DNA of 38,593 nucleotides from Cocleimonas sp. (GTDB lineage Bacteria; Pseudomonadota; Gammaproteobacteria; Thiotrichales; Thiotrichaceae). The stretch is from the NCBI GenBank assembly GCA_023145535.1, contig JAGLDQ010000022.1, positions 1 through 38,593 of the forward strand, in the 5' to 3' direction. The position numbers were made by a program, and so were the translations under genes. Below the pieces are notes generated by a model. That model searched no databases. It had not been told where the DNA came from and was given only the letters and a program-made list of their open reading frames with translations. Each line of letters begins with the position of its first letter. Positions within the stretch are counted from its first letter, which is position 1. This document shows, in pieces, positions 9,053 through 17,993 of the stretch.

Positions 9053-9757
9053 ATGAATAAAATTATTCTAAAAGAAGCATGGCAAGGGGTTGCTAATTGT
9101 AACCAATGCAGTATTCGAAACTCAGTCTTATTTGCAGGTTTAACCGAAAGTGATTTCGCTCAAATACATAAACCTATCAATCAATTTCAAATAAAAGCAG
9201 GGGATAAAATTTACAGTGTCGGCGATGAGGCAAGCTGTATGTTTACCTTGCGGAGCGGTTTAGTTAAGTTGATTCAATATCTTCCCGATGGCACTCAAAA
9301 AATTGTGAGGCTATTACGTACTTCTGATGTGATTGGGCTGGAAGCCATTTTACATCCTACCTATAAACACGATGCGATTGCCCTGCGTGATACTGAAATT
9401 TGTCGCTACCCTGGTCGTGATGCGAAGCAGCTTTCAAAAACGAATCCTGCACTTCATCATGAGCTAATGGCGCGTTGGGAGCGTGCCTTAAATGAATCTG
9501 ATCTATGGGCAACTGAGTTTTCTACGGGTACTTCCAAACAGCGTATTGCCCGATTACTACTAATGTTATCAAAAGAACAATCCACTGATGTCTGTGGTTT
9601 TTTTAGCCGAGAAGATGCGGGGGCTATTTTAGGTTTAACCACAGAAACAGCCAGTCGAACCATTGCTGAGTTTAAACGTCAGGGAATAGTGATTGAAAAT
9701 GAGCCAAATGAATTTTCATGTAATATCCGCCAATTAAATAAAATTGCTTATGCATAA
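9053..9757 (+). CDS. Crp/Fnr-family transcriptional regulator
   Basis: It has a cNMP-binding-like beta-roll and a C-terminal HTH (REDAGAILGLTTETASRTIAEFKRQG). Cys16-x2-Cys19 and Cys117 align with three of the four FNR cluster cysteines. The third N-terminal Cys is absent. Confidence 0.8.
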   Translation: MNKIILKEAWQGVANCNQCSIRNSVLFAGLTESDFAQIHKPINQFQIKAGDKIYSVGDEASCMFTLRSGLVKLIQYLPDGTQKIVRLLRTSDVIGLEAILHPTYKHDAIALRDTEICRYPGRDAKQLSKTNPALHHELMARWERALNESDLWATEFSTGTSKQRIARLLLMLSKEQSTDVCGFFSREDAGAILGLTTETASRTIAEFKRQGIVIENEPNEFSCNIRQLNKIAYA

Positions 9758-9795
9758 TCACGGCTATTAAAAATAGGGCAATCGGCTGGTCTTGA

Positions 9796-10845
9796 TCAAC
9801 TCATGTCATCACCGCCCTGCCGTATTTGTTGCACAACAAATAAAACGAGGGTGAATAAAACCAGCGCGCCTGCTTGATGGCTCGCGGCTAAAGCAATAGG
9901 GACATGCAGTAGTAGCGTTGAAATACCCAAGGTCACTTGAATCAATAACATGGCTAACATCAAATGTAAGCCTCGTTTTATTCTTTTTGATGGATTGTTG
10001 CGGCGTGCGATAACATAAAAAACAATCAAACTGATGAAAACAATTAATGCTAATACACGATGATCAAATTGTACGGTCATTATATTTTCAAAAAAGTTGA
10101 GCCAGATAGGTTGCATAACAAAAAGCCCATCAGGGACTAATTGTCCATTCATGAGCGGAAACGTATTGAAGACATGGCCTGCTTTTAAGCCAGCGACAAA
10201 ACCACCCGAGAGGAGTGTGATAAAAACCACCAGACTGAGTAATAAAGCATAGGGCTTTAAAAAATTTAACGAGGCTGAGGAGGGGGGCTGTTGCTTATCT
10301 TGAAAAAACAAGCCTAATGCTATCCATAAAATATAAGCATAGACAAAAAAGGCCAAGCCTAGGTGGGCAACTAGACGATATTGGCTCACATGGGGGTTAT
10401 CAACTAGGCCACTTTTCACCATATACCAACCGAGTAAGCCTTGTAACCCACCTAATATAAACATAGCAATGAGTTTGGGTTTAAGTGCGGGTTTTACCCA
10501 GCCTTTTAGAAAGAAGAAAAGCATCGGAAAAAAGAATAAAATCCCAATGAATCGTCCCAAAATGCGATGTGAATATTCAAACCAATAAATTGACTTAAAC
10601 CCTGCTAAATCTAGCGTCTGATTATTGATTTTATACTCAGGAAATTGTTGATAACGCTGAAAGGTTTCAAGCCATTCTGCCTGACTCAAGGGAGGAATAA
10701 TCCCCATAATAGGCGCCCAATCGACCATTGATAAACCAGACCCTGTTAGGCGTGTTAGCCCGCCGAGGACAACCATTAGAAAAATGCTGGCACAGCAAAT
10801 AAAGAGCCAAAGCGCGATGGCTCTTTCATTGTTTTGAGTGATCAT
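9796..10845 (-). CDS. ctaA: Haem A synthase (COX15/CtaA)
   Basis: Polytopic membrane protein. GGLTRLTGSGLSMVDWAPIMGIIPP and conserved His residues in TM helices match the COX15 type. A 4-nt ATGA overlap joins it to the upstream ORF. Confidence 0.85.
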   Translation of the reverse strand: MITQNNERAIALWLFICCASIFLMVVLGGLTRLTGSGLSMVDWAPIMGIIPPLSQAEWLETFQRYQQFPEYKINNQTLDLAGFKSIYWFEYSHRILGRFIGILFFFPMLFFFLKGWVKPALKPKLIAMFILGGLQGLLGWYMVKSGLVDNPHVSQYRLVAHLGLAFFVYAYILWIALGLFFQDKQQPPSSASLNFLKPYALLLSLVVFITLLSGGFVAGLKAGHVFNTFPLMNGQLVPDGLFVMQPIWLNFFENIMTVQFDHRVLALIVFISLIVFYVIARRNNPSKRIKRGLHLMLAMLLIQVTLGISTLLLHVPIALAASHQAGALVLFTLVLFVVQQIRQGGDDMS

Positions 10846-11342
10846 TGAGTCTGCTTCCTCGTGGGTTCATATTTCGTTGCATACCACGCGTGAAGGTCAT
10901 TTTGCTCACGGTATAAATTCATCATCGCGCGTACAGGGCCTGTTTTAAAAATAACAGGGGAGACAACTTGCCATCGGTCATCATAATAAAAAAACCATAA
11001 GGGTTTCACTTCCCTTTTTTCGGATTGATTGTTTTCAATCGCAAATAATGCCCATCGTCCTTTCTGCTTGAATGAAAGCATCTTAAATCCTCGTTTTTTT
11101 TGTTTAACCAAGGCATGTTGCCGCTTAAAATGCTTATAAATTTTTTGCTGATGTCGCCAATGCAAGGGCATAAAATACAGTTGATCCAGTGCTTTTAGGT
11201 CGCCTGTTTGCAACACCGTCAAGTATTTTGCAAGGGTTGGTTCAACGGAGGGAGGCGTTACTTCGGGTTGAGAACAGGACGATAAGTTCATACTTATGAT
11301 CAGTACTGAAAGCATCAGAAAATAATATTTTATAGGGGGCAT
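10842..11342 (-). CDS. Lipoprotein of unknown function inside the oxidase-maturation operon
   Basis: Lipobox LSSC after a hydrophobic leader. I recognise no motif. It starts 12 nt after the PCuAC stop and overlaps the ctaA start by ATGA. Confidence 0.5.
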   Translation of the reverse strand: MPPIKYYFLMLSVLIISMNLSSCSQPEVTPPSVEPTLAKYLTVLQTGDLKALDQLYFMPLHWRHQQKIYKHFKRQHALVKQKKRGFKMLSFKQKGRWALFAIENNQSEKREVKPLWFFYYDDRWQVVSPVIFKTGPVRAMMNLYREQNDLHAWYATKYEPTRKQTQ

Positions 11343-11354
11343 CTATTGATTCTC

Positions 11355-11816
11355 TCAATCTGGATTTTTAACGATAAAAAACACGGTTTTTTCTCGTTTA
11401 TTGTCAAAGACCAATGTGATAGGAATCTTATCGCCTGTTTTAATCGTTTTCTGGAATCCTATCAACATAATATGATAACTACCATGTTGAAACAGGAGAG
11501 TTCCTTGAGAAGGAATCTTAATATTTTCAGCATGCTCCATGCGATGGAGCCCATTTTCATTGATGCTTTGATGCAACATCACCTGATTAAAGCCTTCCGC
11601 TTTAGCGGCAACCAGTGTAATCGCTTGATCAGAATGGTTTTTTAAGTGCATAAACCCTGCTAACGCTTGTGCAGCAGGAGGTGGCGTTCTAATCCAAGGG
11701 TTTTCAATCTCAAGACCCGCCGAAGCATCTGGGCTGGTGTTGCAAGCAGATAAAAATAGCAGTATCAAGAGAAAGAAAAGGGCGCGAAAAGAGTGAAGTG
11801 TGCCGTGAACTACCAT
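11355..11816 (-). CDS. PCu(A)C-type periplasmic copper chaperone (DUF461)
   Basis: Lipoprotein-like leader (LSAC). IENPWIRTPPP...AGFMHLKNH and the His/Met-rich block ...MLHQ...HRMEH...YHIML are typical of PCuAC. Confidence 0.8.
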   Translation of the reverse strand: MVVHGTLHSFRALFFLLILLFLSACNTSPDASAGLEIENPWIRTPPPAAQALAGFMHLKNHSDQAITLVAAKAEGFNQVMLHQSINENGLHRMEHAENIKIPSQGTLLFQHGSYHIMLIGFQKTIKTGDKIPITLVFDNKREKTVFFIVKNPD

Positions 11817-12517
11817 TAGTTGCCTTCTTTTTGAATGATTGTCTGGTACGCATCGGCCATCTCATTAGCAACATGTTTCGCGGGGAACAATCCTGTCACT
11901 TTAGCATCAGGATTTGATAAAATAATCGTGGTTGCATGGGAGACTAAATAATTTTTATCGGTGGCAGGGCTATTGGGATTGAGTTGTTTCATCCAAGCAA
12001 TACCAAATGGCATGCCTAGCTGGGTTAAATCTGTGTTTTTACCCGTCATGCCAATAAAGTCAGCATCAAAATGCTTTACATATTGCGCTAGTCTATCAGC
12101 AGTATCACGCTCTGGGTCAACCGAGACAAAGACAATTTGAGGAAGTTGTTCTGCTGGTAGCCGCTGACGTAAATTATCCATCATATGATGTAAGGTACTC
12201 AGTTCGACAGGGCAAACATCAGGGCAAAAAGTGTAGCCAAAGAGCAGCATATGCCATTTACCTTTAAATGTTGCGGTTGAAACTTGCCCTTTTCCTGCTT
12301 GCTCTAATATCACCACGGGCAAGGGTTTTCTATCAGGAAGTGCGATATAGGTTTTAGCGCTGATGGGCTTGTTGAAGCCACTGAAAGGCAGCAACTGACT
12401 CACGGCGGTTAGTAGCACCGCCAGTAATAAAATAAAGAAAAAAACCTTCTTAAAGAAGGGGTTTTTTACTTGATCACCGCCTGATTTAGCCTCTGTTTTC
12501 GTTTTTTTATTAACCAT
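11816..12517 (-). CDS. SCO1/SenC copper-binding thioredoxin-like oxidase assembly protein
   Basis: CPDVCP motif and a downstream conserved His (VSHATTI). N-terminal TM anchor. 1-nt TAATG overlaps on both sides. Confidence 0.85.
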   Translation of the reverse strand: MVNKKTKTEAKSGGDQVKNPFFKKVFFFILLLAVLLTAVSQLLPFSGFNKPISAKTYIALPDRKPLPVVILEQAGKGQVSTATFKGKWHMLLFGYTFCPDVCPVELSTLHHMMDNLRQRLPAEQLPQIVFVSVDPERDTADRLAQYVKHFDADFIGMTGKNTDLTQLGMPFGIAWMKQLNPNSPATDKNYLVSHATTIILSNPDAKVTGLFPAKHVANEMADAYQTIIQKEGN

Positions 12518-15018
12518 TATTGCTCCTTCATTCTATGATTTTTTTTCAGTCGTAATGAGTTCGATATGACCAAAAAAGAACTCAATGACATGCCTAATGC
12601 CGCTCCCCAAGGAGGAATCCACCCCACCACAGCAAACGGAATGGCGATAAAATTATAAGCCGCCGCCCAGCTCAGGTTTTGAATAATAATCTTACGTGTT
12701 TTTTGTGATAACTGACGTAACTTGGGGATGACATCAATTGGTTGCCCCATGATCACAAAATCACTATTAATTTGCGCTAAGTCCGTTGCGCTGATAAAAG
12801 AGATCGAAACATTGGCCGCCGCTAAGGTGGGTGCATCATTAATGCCATCCCCAACCATAATAACATTATGCTGTTGTCGCTGCTGTGCTTGTATCCACGC
12901 TAATTTATCGTGGGGTTTCATATGTCCATGAAATGTTTCTACCCCTAGTTTTTTTGCAACTTGAGCTACGCTATCAGGGTGATCACCACTTAAAATAACG
13001 ATCTTTTTTATCCCTTGAGAGAGTAAGGCTTGTATCATCTTTTCCCCTCCTTCTCGCAAGGGGTCTTGTAGAATGAAAATACATTCCAGTTGTTCATTTT
13101 GGGAAAGCCCGATGACAATATCACCGACTTGACGCGCTGTTTGAATGGTTAATTGCAATGAAGTCTGTAAGGGATCGCTTTCTAGGCTGTCTTTTTGGGT
13201 ACAAAAAGACAGTTTACCTAACTTCCAGTGTTGTCCGTTTATATCGCCTTCTATTCCTTTGCCTAAGTGATTTTTTAGGTTTTCGACCTCAAAAAAAGGT
13301 TTCTTTTCGCCAGATTTAAACGCCCTAGCAATCGGGTGTTCTGAAAGCCATTCTAAGGAAGTGGCGATTTGTTGGTATTTTTCATCGTTAAAATGTGCAT
13401 TATGCGACAAGTGTATTTGTTTTAATTCGGGTTGTCCCAGTGTTAATGTGCCTGTTTTATCAAAAACAATGGTGTCACTTTGAGAGAGTCCTTCAATGGC
13501 TGACATTTTGAGCGGTAACACGCCCATATTGGCGAATAAACCCGAGCTTAATGACAGTGCAACGGGCGTTGCTAAGGCTAATGCACAGGGACAGGTGACA
13601 ATTAAAACAGAAACCGTGACGGGCAATGCCAATGTTGGGTCGATCAACAACCAAACCAAAGCGGTCATGGAAGCGATGAGTAAGATCGCAAGTACAAACC
13701 ATTTAGCAATTCTTTCTGCGATCAAGGCATACGGTGGTCTAGATTCGATGCCTTTTTCAAGTAAGGTATGAATATCTGTCAGAGTAGACTCTAGGTATAA
13801 GCGTTCTACTTGCATAATAACAGGCTGCTCAATATTACAGCTTCCACTAATGAGCGGATCACCAGTAGCGTAGGTCACGGGCATCATCTCACCCGTTAAG
13901 AGTGACTCATCAAAACTACTTTCTCCCTTTATTAAACGCCCATCAACTGGAACGGTTTCTCCAGGGTTGATGAGTACCCGATCACCGATGACGAGATCAG
14001 TCACCATAACTTCGTCAACTTCTTCGTTAAAATGGTTGGTTTTGAGCCGTGAACACGTTTTCGGAATGACTTTGAGCAATCTGTCCGTTGATGCGGCGGC
14101 AAGAAGACGACCTTGTAATTCATAATAACGTGCTGCCAGCATAAGAAAGATAAACATCGCGATGGAGTCGTAATAAACGATATGTGCTTGCTGTACCGTG
14201 GCAACAAAACTACCGATATAGGCGGTTGTTAAGCCAATGACAATGGGTAAATCCATACCAAGATGACGGTTTTTTAAATCTCGCCATGCTGAGGTATAAA
14301 AAATAGCACCCGAATAAAGCAACATAACGGAAACAATCACCAAGTCAGTCCAACGTCCGATAATTTCCCATAACTCCAGATGGCCTTGTGCATCAACGCC
14401 GCCCATCCAGTAACCTGCAATCGCACGCCCCATAACGGTCATGCCCAGCAAAGCAGAAAAAAGCAATCGATTAATACTTTTTTGTTTCTGTTCTTTGTTT
14501 AGTTTTTCGCGCTGAGTCGGGTCAAAGGGATGCGCTTTATAGCCAATGGAGGCGATAACGAGAAGAATATTGGAGAGCTGAACTTGCTTAGGATCCCAAC
14601 TAACCCTTGCTTGATGGCTGGTGTAATCCATTTTAACATCCAGCACCCCTTCAATTTGGCGCAGATGTTGCTCATTAAGCCACACACAGGCGGCACAACG
14701 AATATCCTCTAGAATTAAAAACGCCTCTTTCATGCCATCTTTTTGTTGGCGTACAAAGCTTTTTTGGATTTGAGGGCGGTCATAAATGACTAATTGTTCT
14801 AAAAAGTCGGGTAAAACGGCAGGTTCTGCTTCACCCTCGGCTAATTCCCGATAGCGGTAATAATCTTCATTTCCCGACTCAACCACCGTTTTAGTGACCG
14901 CTTGACAACCTAAACAGCAAAAATTTCTTTCTAAACCGAGCACGGTAAAATGAATCTTGCAGTTGTTCGGTTGCTCAAGACCGCAGTGGTAGCAGCGCTC
15001 TTTAGTGTGAGAAGTAAT
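12517..15018 (-). CDS. ccoI: CcoI/FixI-type P1B copper-exporting ATPase (start codon uncertain)
   Basis: CPC (VTCPCAL), DKTGT, SEHP and GDGINDAP motifs are present, as is an HMA-like domain with CAAC (DIRCAACVWLNE). The N-terminal Cys-rich motif CYHCGL...FCCLGC lies partly upstream of the GTG at 14943 used by the ORF track. I place the 5' end at the ATT at 15018 only tentatively. Confidence 0.8.
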   Translation of the reverse strand: MTSHTKERCYHCGLEQPNNCKIHFTVLGLERNFCCLGCQAVTKTVVESGNEDYYRYRELAEGEAEPAVLPDFLEQLVIYDRPQIQKSFVRQQKDGMKEAFLILEDIRCAACVWLNEQHLRQIEGVLDVKMDYTSHQARVSWDPKQVQLSNILLVIASIGYKAHPFDPTQREKLNKEQKQKSINRLLFSALLGMTVMGRAIAGYWMGGVDAQGHLELWEIIGRWTDLVIVSVMLLYSGAIFYTSAWRDLKNRHLGMDLPIVIGLTTAYIGSFVATVQQAHIVYYDSIAMFIFLMLAARYYELQGRLLAAASTDRLLKVIPKTCSRLKTNHFNEEVDEVMVTDLVIGDRVLINPGETVPVDGRLIKGESSFDESLLTGEMMPVTYATGDPLISGSCNIEQPVIMQVERLYLESTLTDIHTLLEKGIESRPPYALIAERIAKWFVLAILLIASMTALVWLLIDPTLALPVTVSVLIVTCPCALALATPVALSLSSGLFANMGVLPLKMSAIEGLSQSDTIVFDKTGTLTLGQPELKQIHLSHNAHFNDEKYQQIATSLEWLSEHPIARAFKSGEKKPFFEVENLKNHLGKGIEGDINGQHWKLGKLSFCTQKDSLESDPLQTSLQLTIQTARQVGDIVIGLSQNEQLECIFILQDPLREGGEKMIQALLSQGIKKIVILSGDHPDSVAQVAKKLGVETFHGHMKPHDKLAWIQAQQRQQHNVIMVGDGINDAPTLAAANVSISFISATDLAQINSDFVIMGQPIDVIPKLRQLSQKTRKIIIQNLSWAAAYNFIAIPFAVVGWIPPWGAALGMSLSSFLVISNSLRLKKNHRMKEQ

Positions 15019-15032
15019 AGGAGATTCTCTTT

Positions 15033-15752
15033 TTAGTTTTTCATCTCAGCAAAATATTGCGCCAATGCATTGATTTCATCATCCGTGAGTACTTCAGCAA
15101 TAAAACGCATCCGTGAATAAATATCATTATGACGCGTGCCGTTTTTATATTCCTTCATCGTCTTCTGAAAATACGCCGCACGTTGCCCCGCTAATGCAGG
15201 AATATCGCGATCATTACCTTCTGCATTTGTACCGTGACACAATAAGCAAGGCGGCAACAGACGTTTACCATCCCCTTTTGTGAGTAAGGGAAGTATTTTT
15301 TCTACCTGCGCTTTGGTGGCTAACTTCGGTCGTGTTGCCGGCGGCAAAGGAAAACTTGCATAATAGGCTGAAATATCTGCCATTTCCTGTTCGGTCATCT
15401 TTTGTGCGAGCCGCACCATTAAGGTCGAGGTTGCCGTCTTTGCACGTTTTTCATCTCGATAATCGATCAGCATTTTATAGGTATAATTTGCCTTTTGACC
15501 TGCCATGCTCGGCCAGTTTCGCGCCTCCGCAATGCCTTCTTTACCATGACAGCTCGCGCACATCATTTCGGTATTGATTTTTTTTCCGCGAACGGGGTCT
15601 CCTTTACGCACAAAGAGAATTTGTGGCATGTCCCATGCAATATTAGAAGACACGCTGTTGTTTTCTTTAACAGGACTCTCGCTAGCGAAGACGGCACTGC
15701 TTGCAAAGCCAAACAAGACCAGTCCAACGAATGCTTTATTGATTCTATTCAT
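15033..15752 (-). CDS. Dihaem cytochrome c4-like protein, periplasmic
   Basis: Two CxxCH sites (CASCHG, CLLCHG), each followed by a distal Met region. The signal peptide is MNRINKAFVGLVLFGFASSAVFA. The ATG at 15752 is preceded by GAAAGGAAAG and is preferred over the longer track start at 15782. Confidence 0.8.
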   Translation of the reverse strand: MNRINKAFVGLVLFGFASSAVFASESPVKENNSVSSNIAWDMPQILFVRKGDPVRGKKINTEMMCASCHGKEGIAEARNWPSMAGQKANYTYKMLIDYRDEKRAKTATSTLMVRLAQKMTEQEMADISAYYASFPLPPATRPKLATKAQVEKILPLLTKGDGKRLLPPCLLCHGTNAEGNDRDIPALAGQRAAYFQKTMKEYKNGTRHNDIYSRMRFIAEVLTDDEINALAQYFAEMKN

Positions 15753-15769
15753 TATGTGTCTTTCCTTTC

Positions 15770-17449
15770 TTAAATGCCCCATTGAGGTGACTCAGGCGTA
15801 CCAATAAACCAGAATTGCAATACGGGGTAACCATAGCTTGCAACTAAATAAATCAACATCGCCCAGTTCCAGAAAGATAAGCTGTTGAGTAACGTTGGGA
15901 CTTTTAACGGGGGATGAATGGCTTCGGCATAACTCACTTCTTGTTCTGCTTTAGTCGCCATTGGCTGACGTGATGTCATGAATAGAATATAGACAAATAG
16001 AAGCCCTGAAACTAGTAACATAATAGCTCCAATATTCATAATAAGCATGGAGAAATCCCATGACCTTACCAGTTCTTCGGCTTGCTGATAGGCTTGTACG
16101 GTATCAACACGACGCGGTTGTCCAATCAGCCCTAGGTAATGCCACGGCATCGTGGTGACCCACATGCCAATAAACCATAACCATAATTGCGTGAGGACTA
16201 GTTTGTTGGAATACAATTGATGCCCTGTGATTTTGGGCCACAGCCAATAAGCGGCCGCAAAATACATAATGACGGTTGTGCCACCATAAATGAGGTGGAA
16301 ATGTCCCGGTATCCATTGGGTATTATGAATCAACGCATCTAAGGAGTAGGCGGCATTAATGACACCTCCCCATCCCCCCACGGTTAACATCAACAGCGAT
16401 AAAGTCGAGGCTAATACCACAGGATTGCTATAGTCCAATGTTTTGAGCCAGCCAAAAAGCCCCGTGCCGCCGCGTAAGCGCCCCGCTATTTCTAGGGTGG
16501 CAATAATGGTAAAGCCAGTGATCATGGTGGGAACAGCGACCATAAAGGTGCCAAACATATGTAATAATTTCCAACCAGCGGCGACCATTGGATCCATGTA
16601 TAAATGGTGCATTCCAATCGGAACAGAGAAGATAAAGAGCATTACAAATGCGATACGGGCAAATTCATCACTAAATAATTTGCCGCCCGCTTCTTTTGGT
16701 AAAATAGCGTACATTACTAAGTAAGCGGGAAATAACCAAAAGTAAACAATACCATGCAAGGTTTCAGAAAAGAGAACTCTTGCGAGTCCTGGATCTAAGG
16801 TATCGACCCAACCTAGCGAGACAGGAATTAATTGGAACACCACCTCAGCGGCCACCCCAATCGATGTCCATAACCATAATAAAGCATTCAATACCGTGCC
16901 ATACATGATTAAAGGGACAGGTTTACCAGGATTCGCTTTTTTCCACTGCACGGTTGAAACAACCATTAAAATGCACCAGAACCAAGAGCCAACCACTAAT
17001 AGCGCGGCACCAATATAAAAAACAGGGTGTGCTATTTCTGGAGGGTAAAAGGTATACAGTATCGAGGCATGACCCGTCAGCAACGTACTGGCGGCAAGTA
17101 ATACGCCAAGGGTTGACATCCAAAAACCGATCCAAGCAAAGCGAGGAGACCATAGCGCCTGTTTTAGACTATGTACCGCCGTATGGTAACCAAATCCTAT
17201 AATAAAATAGGTACTGAGCACATACGCCATCAGCACTCCATGCGTGGAGGTCGAGGCATAATAAACCGCTGCATTTTCAATCGCAGGAAACATGCCGCTA
17301 CGCTCAAGGACTTGATACGCCCCCATGGGTATGGCTAACCCAAAGGCAGCAAAGGCGACGAAAAAATTCCAAAAAGCCAACTTGTTTGTGGAGTCAGTGG
17401 TTGCAGCAGATAATGCAATATCACTGGTTTTAATCGATGATGTTGCCAT
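15770..17449 (-). CDS. cbaA: B-family (ba3-type) haem-copper oxidase subunit I
   Basis: Long stretches are collinear with Thermus CbaA as I recall it: LYTFYPP, KANPGK, IVYFWL.PAY, ILPK.AGGKL.SD, HH, LE.AGRLRGG.GLFGW, PGHFHL. All six His ligands are identifiable. Confidence 0.85.
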   Translation of the reverse strand: MATSSIKTSDIALSAATTDSTNKLAFWNFFVAFAAFGLAIPMGAYQVLERSGMFPAIENAAVYYASTSTHGVLMAYVLSTYFIIGFGYHTAVHSLKQALWSPRFAWIGFWMSTLGVLLAASTLLTGHASILYTFYPPEIAHPVFYIGAALLVVGSWFWCILMVVSTVQWKKANPGKPVPLIMYGTVLNALLWLWTSIGVAAEVVFQLIPVSLGWVDTLDPGLARVLFSETLHGIVYFWLFPAYLVMYAILPKEAGGKLFSDEFARIAFVMLFIFSVPIGMHHLYMDPMVAAGWKLLHMFGTFMVAVPTMITGFTIIATLEIAGRLRGGTGLFGWLKTLDYSNPVVLASTLSLLMLTVGGWGGVINAAYSLDALIHNTQWIPGHFHLIYGGTTVIMYFAAAYWLWPKITGHQLYSNKLVLTQLWLWFIGMWVTTMPWHYLGLIGQPRRVDTVQAYQQAEELVRSWDFSMLIMNIGAIMLLVSGLLFVYILFMTSRQPMATKAEQEVSYAEAIHPPLKVPTLLNSLSFWNWAMLIYLVASYGYPVLQFWFIGTPESPQWGI

Positions 17450-17979
17450 TAGTGAACCTCAGCGGTTAATTTAAAATTATCTTTAGGCACAATTTTGATC
17501 ATGCCATACATATAGGCGTGAGCAAGCCCACAATATTCATCACAAATCACAGGAAAATCACCAAGACGGGTAAAGCTGGTCGTTAATTCAGACACATATC
17601 CTGGAACAATCATCGTATTCATATTACTGAAAGGAATGAGTACGCCATGCAGTACATCAAAGGATGCTATTCTGAATTTAACGGGTGTATTAATCGGGAC
17701 TTCAATGTGCTGTGGATAGAAACCATAACGTGCGGCCACCATCGTCACCACTAATGCACCATCAACATCTCGATGAATACCGAGTTTATCTTCCATAAAC
17801 TCTCCTCCACCAACACCAGAGGTCAAATGAAGATGCGCGGAATCAATGACTTCTACATTGCTTGGGGGATGTACGTTTTCTACAGCAGCGTAATAAATTA
17901 TCAGTACCCAAGTAAGGAGGACAATACCTGAGGTCATTATTATCCACTTCTTCTCAAGTGGATCAATATGGATGGACAT
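17449..17979 (-). CDS. cbaB: ba3-type oxidase subunit II (CuA domain)
   Basis: Short 176-aa protein with a single TM helix. CuA ligands are H (DVLHGVLIP) and CDEYCGLAHAYM. A 1-nt overlap joins it to subunit I. Confidence 0.85.
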   Translation of the reverse strand: MSIHIDPLEKKWIIMTSGIVLLTWVLIIYYAAVENVHPPSNVEVIDSAHLHLTSGVGGGEFMEDKLGIHRDVDGALVVTMVAARYGFYPQHIEVPINTPVKFRIASFDVLHGVLIPFSNMNTMIVPGYVSELTTSFTRLGDFPVICDEYCGLAHAYMYGMIKIVPKDNFKLTAEVH

Positions 17980-17993
17980 ATCGTTAGCTTCCT

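Noticed and set aside
11346-11645. 99-aa plus-strand ORF antisense to the PCuAC gene
   Set aside because: It lies entirely inside a well-supported minus-strand gene, has no Shine-Dalgarno and has no recognisable motif. It is a typical antisense shadow.
13493-13771. Overlapping 69-aa (-) and 91-aa (+) ORFs within the Cu-ATPase gene
   Set aside because: They are internal to a gene with all P-type ATPase motifs in frame. There is no independent support for them.
15030-15048. Possible frameshift fusion of the c4 cytochrome to the Cu-ATPase across AAAAACTAAAAAG
   Set aside because: The topology is implausible. The cytochrome is periplasmic with a signal peptide, while the ATPase N-terminal Cys-rich domain is cytoplasmic. 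Reinitiation or a non-canonical start is more economical.
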